64,000 nt of DNA from Balanoglossus misakiensis (Eukaryota; Animalia; Hemichordata). Shown here in pieces: positions 13,850 to 27,713 of the stretch. A program made the translations under genes and the position numbers. The notes under the pieces are model-generated. The model did no database searches and had not been told where the DNA came from. It worked only from the letters and a program-made list of their open reading frames with translations. The stretch lies in the NCBI GenBank assembly GCA_040954595.2, contig CM082576.2, positions 13,457,129-13,521,128 on the forward strand, given 5' to 3'. Numbering within the stretch: position 1 is the first letter of the stretch; each line of letters begins with the position of its first letter.

Positions 13850-16800
13850 TTAGGGGAAGTAATATGGCGTCAAAGCCAACCAAATAAAATCGGGCAAGCG
13901 TTTTGGGGGAAAATGGAAAAGTCAGTACCACGTTTTAGCTTTTAGATTTCGATAGAGTTGCGGAGATCCGCATAATTATAAATTAACGCAAAAATAAATC
14001 AAAACTAAAATAAAGTTGGCTTTTTGACAAAAAAATAGGCTGGGTCCAGTGAAGGAACTACTATGTCGGACAGGAGAAATTAACAATGAATTGTATTGTA
14101 TTTTAAATCAAACAAAGTCCCACGAAGTCACGTGAATGCCAGTGGCATCTGAGAGGGCGGCTTCTGATCCTATTGTTGCGCCGAGAGAAACAAAGACAAG
14201 GGACTGGGATGAAATTCTGAACTATGCCGCGGACAGTGTAGTGGTCTGTGTGTAGCGCCCAACAGAACCAAAATAAAGCTAAGCAGATTATTGATTTTGG
14301 AGAAGAGAAAAAACCCCACGGAGATCCATCGATGCGACGGACGAGCAAATTTCGATGCAACCACCAGCAACCTATTTAAACCAAATAAACGTTTCTAATT
14401 AAGACATTTAACAACAATTCGCGAAATGCTACTCGGCAGATGGAAAGTCTATTTTTGAAATCACAATGTTGGTTCAATTTTACGTTCGAAAACGCTATCA
14501 AAATATGCTTAGTGTTGACAATCACTTACAGCCGGGTAATTTGAATCGGGCCCTGATACCAACGTGACATACGTCTATTTCCAAGCAGTATTCGATACCC
14601 ACCGACTCATTTGGAAAATTGAGACGGTTATTTTTTTTTTGGTCGGGAATGAAAGGCGGTGTAACTTAACATGATACTAGACGTCTGATGACCAGCTGCG
14701 TGGCGGGAAAATAGAACTGAAAATGGGATCGGAAAATGGCGGAGGGATTGACGCTGGAGACAAGGTGGTTCCTATGGGAATGGGGTAAATGCACACGGTC
14801 GTCTGCGTATCTCAACCGCCAATCTAGCTAATTTCCTAACACTCATTGTTTGCCTTATGTAGCATGGGTGTGTCAGATCAACTTGTACACAGATAGCGCT
14901 AAGGAGACCTCGTGTACTATAATACCAACAATGATTGAAAAAAAAAACCGTGCACTAGATTTTTAAAATCGCGGTCTACGTGTCTACAATTTGCCGCACA
15001 TCACCATGTTAGCCAAGATAACCGTTTCTTATTAACAATTACAGGTAGCAAAGATACAGATGACAGGAACCGTCACAATAGTGTAATACCGCGTTTAAGC
15101 GTTGATTGACGGGTAAATTAATTTTCAGGGCCATTGTTTAATTACGTATTCTCCGATGCCGATGGATTAGACCCCAAAATAGCTTCTGTTATATTCCATA
15201 TGATATCGCAATCATTGGCCCGTTAAAACGTTATTCATACTTCGGATGTGGCCGTGTTATTCAAAGACCGTGACTGAATCCTGACAAAACGACCAAAGGG
15301 AAAGACACGATGGGGGGGGGGGGGGAGGGGGTGTGCGAAACACCCGCAACGCGAGTCTTTAACACACAACACCACGGTTTTTACCTCTTTACGACCAAAA
15401 TCACTGCAGTTTAACAATCGCGCAGTGAAAGGGGGGTCATAGTGGGCGGGTTAACTTCGCTGTAATTATCATCGATTTCAAGATGTGATAAGATACCGCG
15501 CACGGTCATGTACAAACACACGCAGCTTGCTGGATCGTAATACTTGCATTATGTTCTCAAGTATAAACCAGTTCGCGGTGAATGGAGCACGGTGTTTCGC
15601 ATTAATTGTTCTCGGCGGAGAGTAAATACGCCGGGGCACTGCTGGCTTCTTTGTTTGTACATCATGACGACAAAGCAGGTATAACCGCGTCTCATCATCA
15701 CGGTTTGAAAGCAGGGTCACTTTCAGTAATAAAATGCGACCAAGGTGAAGAATTTGATTGCGGCAACTGGTTTTCGGTCGTTCATCAACAATTGTGTTCA
15801 TGGTTTAATATAAATTTGTAATATACTAAAATATAACAACTTCATTGATGTTTTCCTATGCAATAATTCAAATGTTTGTCTCAACGTTCAACTTAGTGTT
15901 TTCATTTTTGTGAAAATGACGCGAAATTATATTTTTTTAAATTCATTGTTTTTGTTTGGCATTGATGTAATTTTAGCGTGTAGTCTCTTTATTCTCTTTA
16001 TTAGTTTTTTGTCTTAAATCTAATCTGGTTCTCGAAATGAGTTGTATTATTATTATCTAATATTTTATGTCTTTGTTCAAGTTTCCAATTCACATTAGTC
16101 CTTGAAGCTTGGAAACACAGACCAAATATCAACCCCGGTTAATGCAGCATTTGTACCGCGTTTATGTCACCGTTCTGGGTCGCTTGGCGCCAGTGTACAA
16201 TTCATTTCCCGCGCGCACTATTGTACCGACAAGGGTGGTATTGTCACGCTGGTGTCGAAAGTTGACAGCGGCTAGCTCTTGGCTGGGGACAGAAACCGTG
16301 CCGGGGCGCTGCATGACATCGCGAGTAACGCGTTAAAAGAAAATTGTTTTAGAACATTTACAAGTGTACATAAACAGGTCGCATATGGGGTCATATTTAT
16401 ACAATTGTTGCATCCACCGTTTAGACATTATTAACCAAAGAGATTTGGATTGATCAATTCAGTTTACCTTTATGTGACAATGAACAATGCACTTCAACTA
16501 ATAAAAGCAGCTCGTAACAGATGCTCGCAACTTGTTGACGTCATTGGTACAAATATGCGAAATGTTTAAATGAATGTCTCATCATCATGCATCATCGGAA
16601 ATAATAGTGAACATAATGTTCCGTGTTCGCGAGTGAATGAAAACAGATGAATAGATGTTGCACAGTTCAAGTAGTGTTACTCTATGTAACATCAGTCTTA
16701 CTGAGTTCCTTTCGTATTCTGATACTGAACTGAACTTAGAACCCCCTCTCCAGTCCACTGCCGCTATCATGATGCATGAAATGGATGTTGTACTAGTATA

Positions 16801-19380
16801 TTAAACTAGTCGTACACTGAGGCATCTGGTGAAAATGGACGTTGTTTGAACTATGTCGCTATGGCCCGAACCTCAGAAGTGTCAAACGACGACAATCGAT
16901 GTCACTTGAAGTAAATGAACGGTTCTACATTTTGTAAAGCTTTCCAAACTGAAATGGAATTTCCGCACGCGAAGGGGTGGCTCGTCGCTGGCAACGTTTG
17001 CCAGTCGGTGGCATGTGGGTTTTTTTTCTAACACGCAGCCCCCATTAGCAGCCTACTCATGCACTCGTTCGTTGCCATGGGCGACACTTTCGTTGCCATG
17101 GGCGAATGTTTTGGCGTCGGGTCGTTTAAAAAAGGTTGCGGTGAGTTTCAGACCGACCAATATCAGACCGGATCAGGAGAGAGTAATCGGTTTGAAATGA
17201 TCTGTCGTCACGAAACCAAGGCGTCGATGATTTATCCTGAAATAGCATGGTAATAGAGTACAAATATTCATTTGAGAAAAATTGCATTCTAGAACAAAAA
17301 TTTACAATTTTTTTTCCAGATTAAGTAATATCAATGTTCAGAATAACGTCTAGTAGAACGAGTATCACGTCTGTCAATCAATGATCGTATTATATTGAAA
17401 CCGAATTCAGCTCACCCTAGAATAAGACACGGGGATTTTCCTAGGAAAGCGTACGAAGTATGTTTTGCCATGGGCTACGTCCTGTACTGAACTAAATCTT
17501 TAATCCGCCTTGATTGAACAACATCAATGTTTTATTACAGAAAGATTTCGCACATTGCTCGAGTCTGACACACGAAGTCGCCAGACACCGAGATGTTCGG
17601 GAGATTTCACAGCAGAACTCCAATAAATGCAGTGTTTTTGGTCTGTCTGCTTGAGTGTAACTTGCAACGTGTGCAGAGTTGACGTTCTTGCTGACTTGCA
17701 CTGTGACTAGGCCGGGTGGGATGACTAACTTTAAGTATATCATGCATATTTGACGACTTCCTTCAAAGTATACGGACACGACGAGAAGATTAGCGCCACT
17801 AAAAGGACGCGCACCCAATATAGCCCGTCTGTTTCCAATGAAACAATATACAACGATTCTGTCGTCTTATTTACTAGCTAGTACTAAAAAAAATTCGTAT
17901 TTGTCTGTCATGAAAAGAGCATTATGTGTTTGGTGACTTTTGATGATAGTACTGTCTCTAGCAAACACTTCATGTCATCGGGGCGGTGTTCTTGGTAGCA
18001 GCAATTCAGAAACCCGACAATACAGAACATTTCCTGATTAGGATATATCAAATAGCAAAAAAGATGATTACTAGACCTGCTTGTTGAACACTTAGTTTAA
18101 TTACAGAAATATTTCAAAACTAGCAAAAGAACTCATCACTGATTTTGGGGTTCCTTTTTTGATTTTTAATAAAAGTATTGTACGATCCAGTTTCTTTTGC
18201 TTCACAATTTTCCGCCAATTCCATCTGTTCAATAAAATTGCTATCTGGGAACACGTGTATGAAACCCGCATTTACCCATTCTCTATTAAACAAGAATTTC
18301 TTTTTTACAAGAAATATTCTTATTTCCTCTTTTCCCCAGAACAAATAACTCGGTGTGATCCCCCCTTTAAATCACTTTACTGACATTCAACCCTGATTTT
18401 CGCAGATGAAATATTCACTGTTGATTAAAAACGGAAATTTCATTACTGGAACACTTTTAAAGACAAATAACAGGAATACCTCCATCATTAGTACAGTTAA
18501 ATTTGAGATTGTTGATATGGCGAAATGTTCCATTAATTGTTTGTGTCTCACCAATCGTTCCGATGTAATTCATTTTTAACAGCAACATCTCCACTGTACA
18601 TCATAAGCTGTGGTAACAAATCAAGTATATACTGTATGTTATTTCTTGTTATTATACAGGAGTATAGCAAAACGGTGCAGTAGATAAACAGAAAAATAAT
18701 ACTTGCCATAGCATCTCTATTGAGAAAACAGTGTGAATATTCTTCAATGCAACATGGCCTGTCTTATTATTGGAATATGATAAATAATTAAATCCGCCAT
18801 GAAAATAGTTACAGCCGCATTAAACAAAGAAATGAAATAGAAATCTGATTATTTCTGATGGTTATTGTCGACAGTGAAAATTCTGATTACTATCAACAAC
18901 GTGGCGGATGCATTTAATAAATGACGTCAGTCTTTCCACATTCATTGAAAATAAGGCAACGTATTATAGAATGAACTAAAGCGACTCTGTAACTCAATGT
19001 TAGAAGGTTCAGTGCCAACTACTAAGGCCGGCTGTCATGTTGAAAACAGGCCTGGCGGGGAAGATTACCGTATGATCACTGACGAAGTGCGATGTTCAAC
19101 TGCTTGTAAAAGATTTGCCTGGAGTTCGTGGCCACGCGTCCGAGAGGATAAATTATGAATGTGATTTTCTCGTTCAGGCGTCTCTTACTTTCAAAATCCA
19201 AAGTAAATACTTTATGCGGGGGGGGGGGGGGGGAAGTTTGTGAATCGTAATTTGTTTCCTCCGCAAAGGGATCTTGAAAAATCTGATCGCCAGCAGGTTT
19301 GCAGAAACACACGCAACAGTTTACAACTCGGTATAGGCAACCAAAAATATTTTCTTTTTTTTCAATCCGACTTCACAATC

Positions 19381-19659
19381 ATAGCCAATACCTACAACTT
19401 CTGGCTATTTTCTGAGAATTTTTGTTTGTGTATCAACTACACTTCCTTGTTCTCCCTACAGTATCTCTAAACGCACAATTTACTGCTTGTCCACAAGTCG
19501 TGCACATGTACATGTGTGCCGATCATTGTTATTGTTGACAAACGCGTTCAAGTCCGGCCTGGAGTAAACAACAACAACAATGCCGAGTATATACACATGG
19601 GCTATGGCGAGAAGATGAAGACTATCATAGCCACAAACGCCTTCAAGTCCGGCCTGCAG

Positions 19660-19693
<34 letters not shown>

Positions 19694-19830
19694 CGAGTGT
19701 ATACAAATGGGCTATGGCGACAAGATGAAGACTAACATAGCCACACTTCAGGGAGTCGAACAAGAAGCCATGGTTGATAGCCTGAACAAAATATTGAAAA
19801 AAATAGTCAAAAGTTACAGATAGCGGACCT
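19381..19830. mobile_element. Degenerate Kolobok-like MITE, related to the 22173 element
   Basis: The right end ...aaaagttacagatagcggacct|TTAA resembles the right end of the 22173 element. About 19381-19456 is a diverged inverted copy of about 19750-19830. Internal motifs (gaacaagaa, attgttgac, gtccgg) are shared. The left TTAA is not preserved. Confidence 0.6.
19539..19744 (+). repeat. Tandem duplication (95 bp and 111 bp units, differing mainly by an AAC expansion) inside the 19381 element
   Basis: caaacgc.ttcaagtccggcctg.agtaa(aac)n..tgccgagt.tatac..atgggctatggcga.aagatgaagacta.catagcca occurs twice, head to tail. Confidence 0.9.
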
Positions 19831-22172
19831 TTAAAACACTGCCTTGTTTTGTGACCTTTGACCTTGACTACGCAGGCGTATATGATGGACACGTCATACG
19901 CAGAAACACGAAGATTCATACTTGTGGGCTGTTTTATTAAATATCTATACTTTTGGCATGCATCATAGCGTCACGTGTGTAGGCCTATACGTTACGTCAA
20001 CAAGATGGCGTGACCCAACACAGCGGGATGTGATACACCCCTCGTACGGGGTGCTAACATGTGATTTAATGTAGCTGGAAGGATCCTTCATTGGACTTAT
20101 GGAAAAAAGTTATAATACATATTTGTCAGATAAATGATTATTTTTATTTATAAAAAAGTGTCCCGTCTCGCACGCTGTGGCATATAAAATTACAACTGTA
20201 CACGAATAAGCAATACTACTTTCGATTGATATGTCCGCATAGTGTAAACTGCCAAGATTCCACGCATTACCCATCACTGCGGCTCCTTATCTGCAACATG
20301 TTATAAAACAGATTAAAACTACACGGATCGTAGCCTAGTTTCTGCCATAAATGACGGAGATCCGTCAACCACTGCCGGTTGGTATTCTTATAGAGTCTTG
20401 GAGACACATCAAAATAGAGTGAAAGTGCGCTGTATGATATATGTTTGGTTCGTGTTATACTGCACAGACGGCGAGTATGCCTCTTCTAATGCTCTATGAA
20501 CCACACGGGTTAATTAAAAGTGATGCCCCTATTAACCCCCGCCGCGAATTATCCCCGAATTATCTCGTCGCAACTATATTCAAATACAAAGGCCTGTCGC
20601 CCTTTCCATCGTCACTGCGTCACCGGGCTGTGATTTCGCCCGAGCCGACAAAAGTAGCCGAAATGGAAAGACGGCTGACATCCACTGTGTTATGAAATTC
20701 AAAGTCCTGACAAGGAGTTTAGTGTTCCCTGTGCCAGAGTTAATTTGTTTGATCTAGGTCAGCCCCCGTGCTTCTCAGGTTGAAGTGGGAGGTTTAAGAA
20801 ATATGGCGGAGTCATTAAGAGTAATCTGATACCTATTCACAATCTAGTCAATAACAATTGGATTAGAGACTGGACCATTGGTGCCCTTTGTGATGGGGAG
20901 GTTCTTGTCAATAAGAGTGGGGCTGTACACAGCCTGTGCACGCAATCACTTCCGTACCAGTTGACCGGTCACATAGAACGGCTAAAACAGCTATGGCTTA
21001 TTCGTCGCTGCCGCCGACTAGGGTGGCTTTCGCCGTTGATGTGAAAAAAAACCCTCCTGAGATGAAGTTTTTCGCTGGAGGGGAAACGGAATTGGGAGGA
21101 GTGACCGACTCGCCTCGTTGCACATAGCAGCATGACCTGAATTTCAACAAAGTCATCCCCATACAACGAATGTACTCCGCCGTGTTACAGCTATGCCAGC
21201 TCCAACGCTAAACATATGCGACCTTATATATCACATCCACGCTCCCTACTTTTTCTGAACTTCCCGTGGCTGCGCGCGGGCCACTGTACAAACATATTGA
21301 TTTTTTTAGGGCCGGGGAAACGAAGTTAACCGTCTTCAGCTTAAGCCAGCGCGCCTCCAAAAAACTTTTGCTTGAAAATTGGCGCGACGCGTGGCTGTCG
21401 GTATACCTTTTGTAACTGCGCGCACCGAAGGGCGCGACTTACACGTTTTAACACTGCGCGACTCAATTGTTTCTCCATTCTTCACTAAAACAAACTTCTG
21501 TCTATAAAAACAAAGGTGAAATTGCTAATTAAACAACACGAGACAAATTCCGTATGTAAGGTAGTGCGAGACTGCGATACAAAAAAAAAATCCAAGCGGT
21601 AGATCCGTCTCAGGACTTCAATGGTGTCATTGTCAAGCTTTTCTCTGATCTGACGGTTCTTTCATGAACACCGTGACATGCAGGCCCAGAAGCAATTCCA
21701 TAAGAACAAACCGGCAAGATTCCTCTTTTGATTAAATATATACCAGACTTATTGATGTGGCGTGCCACACAAACACACACACACGCACAAGCACGACCCC
21801 ACCCCCATCTATTACACTGTCCGACGGTCGCCGCAAGACAAGGACACTCACACCGAGTTTTCAACGCGGTGGGCCCCTTCCACTCCACCGAACCGCACTG
21901 ACTATACTATGCCATTCCATTGGTTGCCCTTTTTGTTCACATTCTAAATGTTGACTTTGGTAACTCATTCAAGACTAGTGTTCCGATAATGAGGCTTTTA
22001 AGTTGATTTCACTGCTGGGTAAATGCCTTTTTGTCCGACAATCACTGGACACGCCGCCCAGAATATTCGCGCCATTGCATCTGGGATCGTCCAGACTATA
22101 TATATAGAACACACCCCACACTACGAATTACAGCATGCATACGGCGTGACACATAAATACAAAACGCTTTAA

Positions 22173-22529
22173 AGGCCCAGTAGCTGTAACTTTGATAATG
22201 TTTTCAGTTGTTTTTTTGTTCTATGAGTCACCTACGGTTTCTTGTTCTACTCCCTACATCACGTTGATACATGTAATATGCCAAGTATTCAGCGTGCCAC
22301 CACAGTCAATATATGCATTACCAGCGATGTTATTGTTGACTACTGAATTTTAGTCCGGTCTAATATTCAAATATCAACAATACCATGGCACATTACAAGC
22401 CTATATATTTTGGTGAGGAGCTCCATACTTGGCACTTAGGCATGCTTTAGTGAGTAGAACAAGAAACAGAAGGTGTTGAATAAAATAAAAATAGTGAAAT
22501 GATCATCGAAAGTTACAGCTACTGTTGCT
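22173..22529. mobile_element. Kolobok-like MITE, 357 bp, TTAA-flanked
   Basis: TTAA|AGGCCCAGTAGCTGTAACTTT ... AAAGTTACAGCTACTGTTGCT|TTAA, with an additional inverted subterminal block gtttcttgttctactc / gagtagaacaagaaac. A TTAA TSD with AG...CT termini is the Kolobok pattern. Confidence 0.78.
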
Positions 22530-22562
22530 TTAAATATAAGAGATAGGTTGTTGCATGGACTT

Positions 22563-22806
22563 CATACACATACATACTATACATACATAGTATACATACT
22601 ATACTATACATACATACATACACACACACATACATACATACATACATACATACATACATACATACATACATACATACATACATACATACATACATACATA
22701 CATACATACATACATACATACATACATACATACATACATACATACATACATACATACATACATACATACATACATACATACATACATACATACATACATA
22801 CATACA
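22563..22806. repeat. (TACA)n microsatellite, pure from about 22629
   Basis: Directly visible; explains the MYVC/YIHT ORFs. Confidence 0.97.
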
Positions 22807-22981
22807 TTGCTTTAATACGAAAATATATTCAGGGTAGTCAATCAATCACTTCCAGGAATATATTCCTCTTACTTTTGAAAGATTAAAATATGACATAGTA
22901 GTAGCATTATACTCAGGTAAGATAAGTTATCATGGCCGTGCAAAACGATCTACAGCGTCAACAAGTTATACAGTCCAGTGA

Positions 22982-23245
<264 letters not shown>

Positions 23246-24599
23246 TGCTCAGCACATAAAATTTATAGCAAGCACGGCTACTTAATAGACAAAATATTAT
23301 TAGATATGACAGCAACAAACAAAGACGATATCATAATATTCTCGCCACCCAGGGGAATATAGGCACTCGTCGTTCTTGCCTGGGTTACAGACATGACCAC
23401 GGGGGTGGCGAACGGTCACGATTTACCAGACGGCTCGGGAGAGGAATGTCGTGCTTTGTTTTTTCAGCTGTCGAGCACGACTCCAATATCAATTTGGACT
23501 TATAATATAGTCTGCAGCGTCAGGGACCGAGAGGCCTGCGCGTCAATTTCGCTGGAAATGGGAAAACACGTGTTACAGGCACCAAATGCCGCGCAGACGA
23601 AAGGCCGATGGTAAATATGATTTAGATGGACGCCAAGCCGTTTTAATTGACAGTCACTGTGCCGTTGTTGTCGTGCGGACTTGTGCTTTCCAGAACATCA
23701 TCCGCGGCTGGCTGGCTGGCTTTGCTTGCTTGCCTGGTAAACTATGCCAACGAGAGGGCGGACAATGCCAAGAAAAACAATCAACATATCAAACTTCATC
23801 TTGGGAAACTTGATACCATTTGCAAGTAGATCGCAATGACCGACGTAGGAGGAGTCTGGCGTATGGGGGCAAATGCCCGAGCCAAAGAGGCCGTACCCTT
23901 GCCTGACCCTCATCCAGCAGGGCCGTTCCTCTACACATTCTAATGGAGCCTCCAACCGATCCCATTGGTCCGTGCCAGCCACAGCTGTTGTGTCAATAGT
24001 GGAAGTCAAAATGAACAGAAGAGAGAGCAAGGCATTCCGACAATGCCTTCCATGCACTCTACCTGTCAAATATTATCTCTAATAACATGTTCACCAGTTG
24101 TGGCTGGGCCTCTGGCAATGTTTATCGGCATTGTCCATCGTGGGAGTTGCCGCAGACTCAAATTTCCCGACCAGCCATGCGAGTTCACTTTCCAGTCGCT
24201 GTCATGAAACGGCCCGTTCCCCGAGTGTCTGTCTGTCTGTCCAAACGAGAACCAAATGCGCGAAAGCCGCCCACCACAACTGTATACCACTATCACCACC
24301 ATGCCTTGCCTTGCCTTGCAGTCAATCCAGAAGTCTGCCATTTCAGTATCAACACACAATAGCCTTTTCGCAAAATATTTGCTTTGTGTGGAATTGGGAA
24401 GAGTAGTACTATACGGACCATGCAGACAGAAATAAACTTGACTCCGCGATAGGGGTGCACCAAGTAATGACTCGCTTCCACCACTGTACAGCCAGATTCA
24501 ATTATTTTATCTGTTTTCCTCAATTAGCATCAGTGGCGAGCGCTCATCGCTTTCCTGTAAGCTGAGAAGGCGATGGGATGGTGGTGAAATCCACTACAG

Positions 24600-24790
24600 C
24601 CTTGGCCAATGTCTAACTTTAACACGCTGTTGACACCTCACCCTAGATCGAGTTTCATTGATTGACATGGTTACCATGGCAAATAATTCGACAAACTATT
24701 GTATGAATATCTATATATCCGTGGCGCTGCTGCCGACCAATCAGCGCCCAGATACCGGCTATTAATGTCGCGTTAAAATAATAATGTCAC
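24600..24790 (+). promoter_or_regulatory. Probable proximal promoter of Six1/2
   Basis: NF-Y-type gaCCAATcag at 24737-24741, a second CCAAT near 24606, TGATTGACA at 24659, X-box-like GTTACCATGGCAAA at 24670 and AT-rich TATTAAT/TTAAAATA at about 24760-24780, all 240-420 nt upstream of the ATG. The transcription start site cannot be determined from sequence. Confidence 0.55.
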
Positions 24791-24900
24791 AAAGTGGCAA
24801 CCCCACACGTTGGGTTGTTTGCACTGTTGCTTCTCTTCGCCAGACATATTATATGTGTGTTTGAGAGGTACTACTCTTAGCCAGTGAGTGAATGTGTTAG

Positions 24901-26474
<1,574 letters not shown>

Positions 26475-26817
26475 GGATAGCCGCGAATCGAGCGACACAG
26501 ACAAAAATAAACCACTGGGTACCACCTCGGACAATTCCGAACTTGAAGACGTCAAATCCGGTCTGGGTCAGAGCCTTGGCGATGCCAATGAAACTGCGGA
26601 ATCGGACACGAACTCACAAAGCATGAGTCTGTTGACGGATCTCCAAAAATCGTCGCTCGTCATACCGACGATGACGAGTCTGACCACCGCCCCAGCGGCG
26701 CCGTCTGCCATCGCAGTGAACGCCGATATTATACAGCACCACCACCACCAACACAACACGCTACAGTCGACGTTATTGACTAGCATGTCCACCAACTTGG
26801 TAGACCTCGGCTCGTAG
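26475..26817 (+). CDS. Six1/2: Six1/2 coding exon 2: Ser/Thr-rich C-terminal region ending ...QHHHHQHNTLQSTLLTSMSTNLVDLGS*
   Basis: In frame with exon 1 after splicing. Ends in LVDLGS-stop, the C-terminal signature of vertebrate SIX1/SIX2. Total CDS is 554+343=897 nt, or 298 aa plus TAG. Confidence 0.95.
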
Positions 26818-27655
26818 AACGAGACCCACCGATCACCTACAAGCAATTGGCTTTAAAAACACGCTTCGCCCATGCAGAAACCTACCTACCTACCCATGCC
26901 AGCCGACAACTCGCCCAGCATCAAACCGTTACAGCAGCGCACACGTAAGTGTTTGAGTACAAAGTTGTTCAACCAAGTAGGCAATTTTGTTGTCAACCTC
27001 TTGAGCAGTTGGAAGACCTCAGAACATTAAAAAAAACACCCTTGGACAAGGACTTGTGTTTTTTTTGCCACCGCATTTCGGGAAGGCCAGGACTGGCCAG
27101 ACAAGGTACACAAATAATCGGATACTTTTATGAACTCCCCTCAAAATAACTTCAAATTTCGTTTATAAAACGGAACACATCCTGTTCGTATATTTGTACG
27201 GTCATATATGGTTTCCAGACGTGCTTTTACTAAGCTCTGTATCAAATACGTCCACCGGAGGAGTTTGGCAACGCATTCAGGTTTCAAACTGCCATCAGTT
27301 CGTTTTCCAGTTAGACGCAACGACTGATGTAAACTCGCTCTAAGGCTTTAGTTCGTTCGCTATATCATGCTTTTTGTTTTTAATTTTCACTTGTAAAAGT
27401 GTAGAGTGTTCTTGCTGGTAGTCAGCTTATATTTTATACGTGTAGTTGCTCTTATTTGGCGCTTTAAGTCGACCAAGGAAAATCCACGTGCCCTTTGCAA
27501 ATTCTGCATTTATATAAAATATATTTCATAAGAAATTTAAAAGTATATATATGTTATTTTTAAAGTCAGCCATATGGACTGTTAAATGCTGAGAGCATGC
27601 TTTTTGACGCCTACATTGCCAAAAGTCTCATGTCAGAATCAAATCAAATTACAAA

Positions 27656-27713
27656 AATAAAGACTGATCGCTAAAACCGAATCACGGCATCGTTGTAGTT
27701 TAATTTCTGTGGT
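27656..27713 (+). terminator. Probable Six1/2 polyadenylation signal
   Basis: AATAAA at 27656-27661 follows an AT-rich putative 3'UTR and precedes a GT/T-rich element (gttgtagtttaatttctgtggtt, about 27692-27714). This implies a 3'UTR of roughly 860 nt. Confidence 0.65.

Noticed and set aside
20331-20346. TAGCCTAGTTTCTGCC, resembling the left end of the tiny 9-bp-TSD element
   Set aside because: No matching right arm, core motif or TSD nearby; at most a relic.
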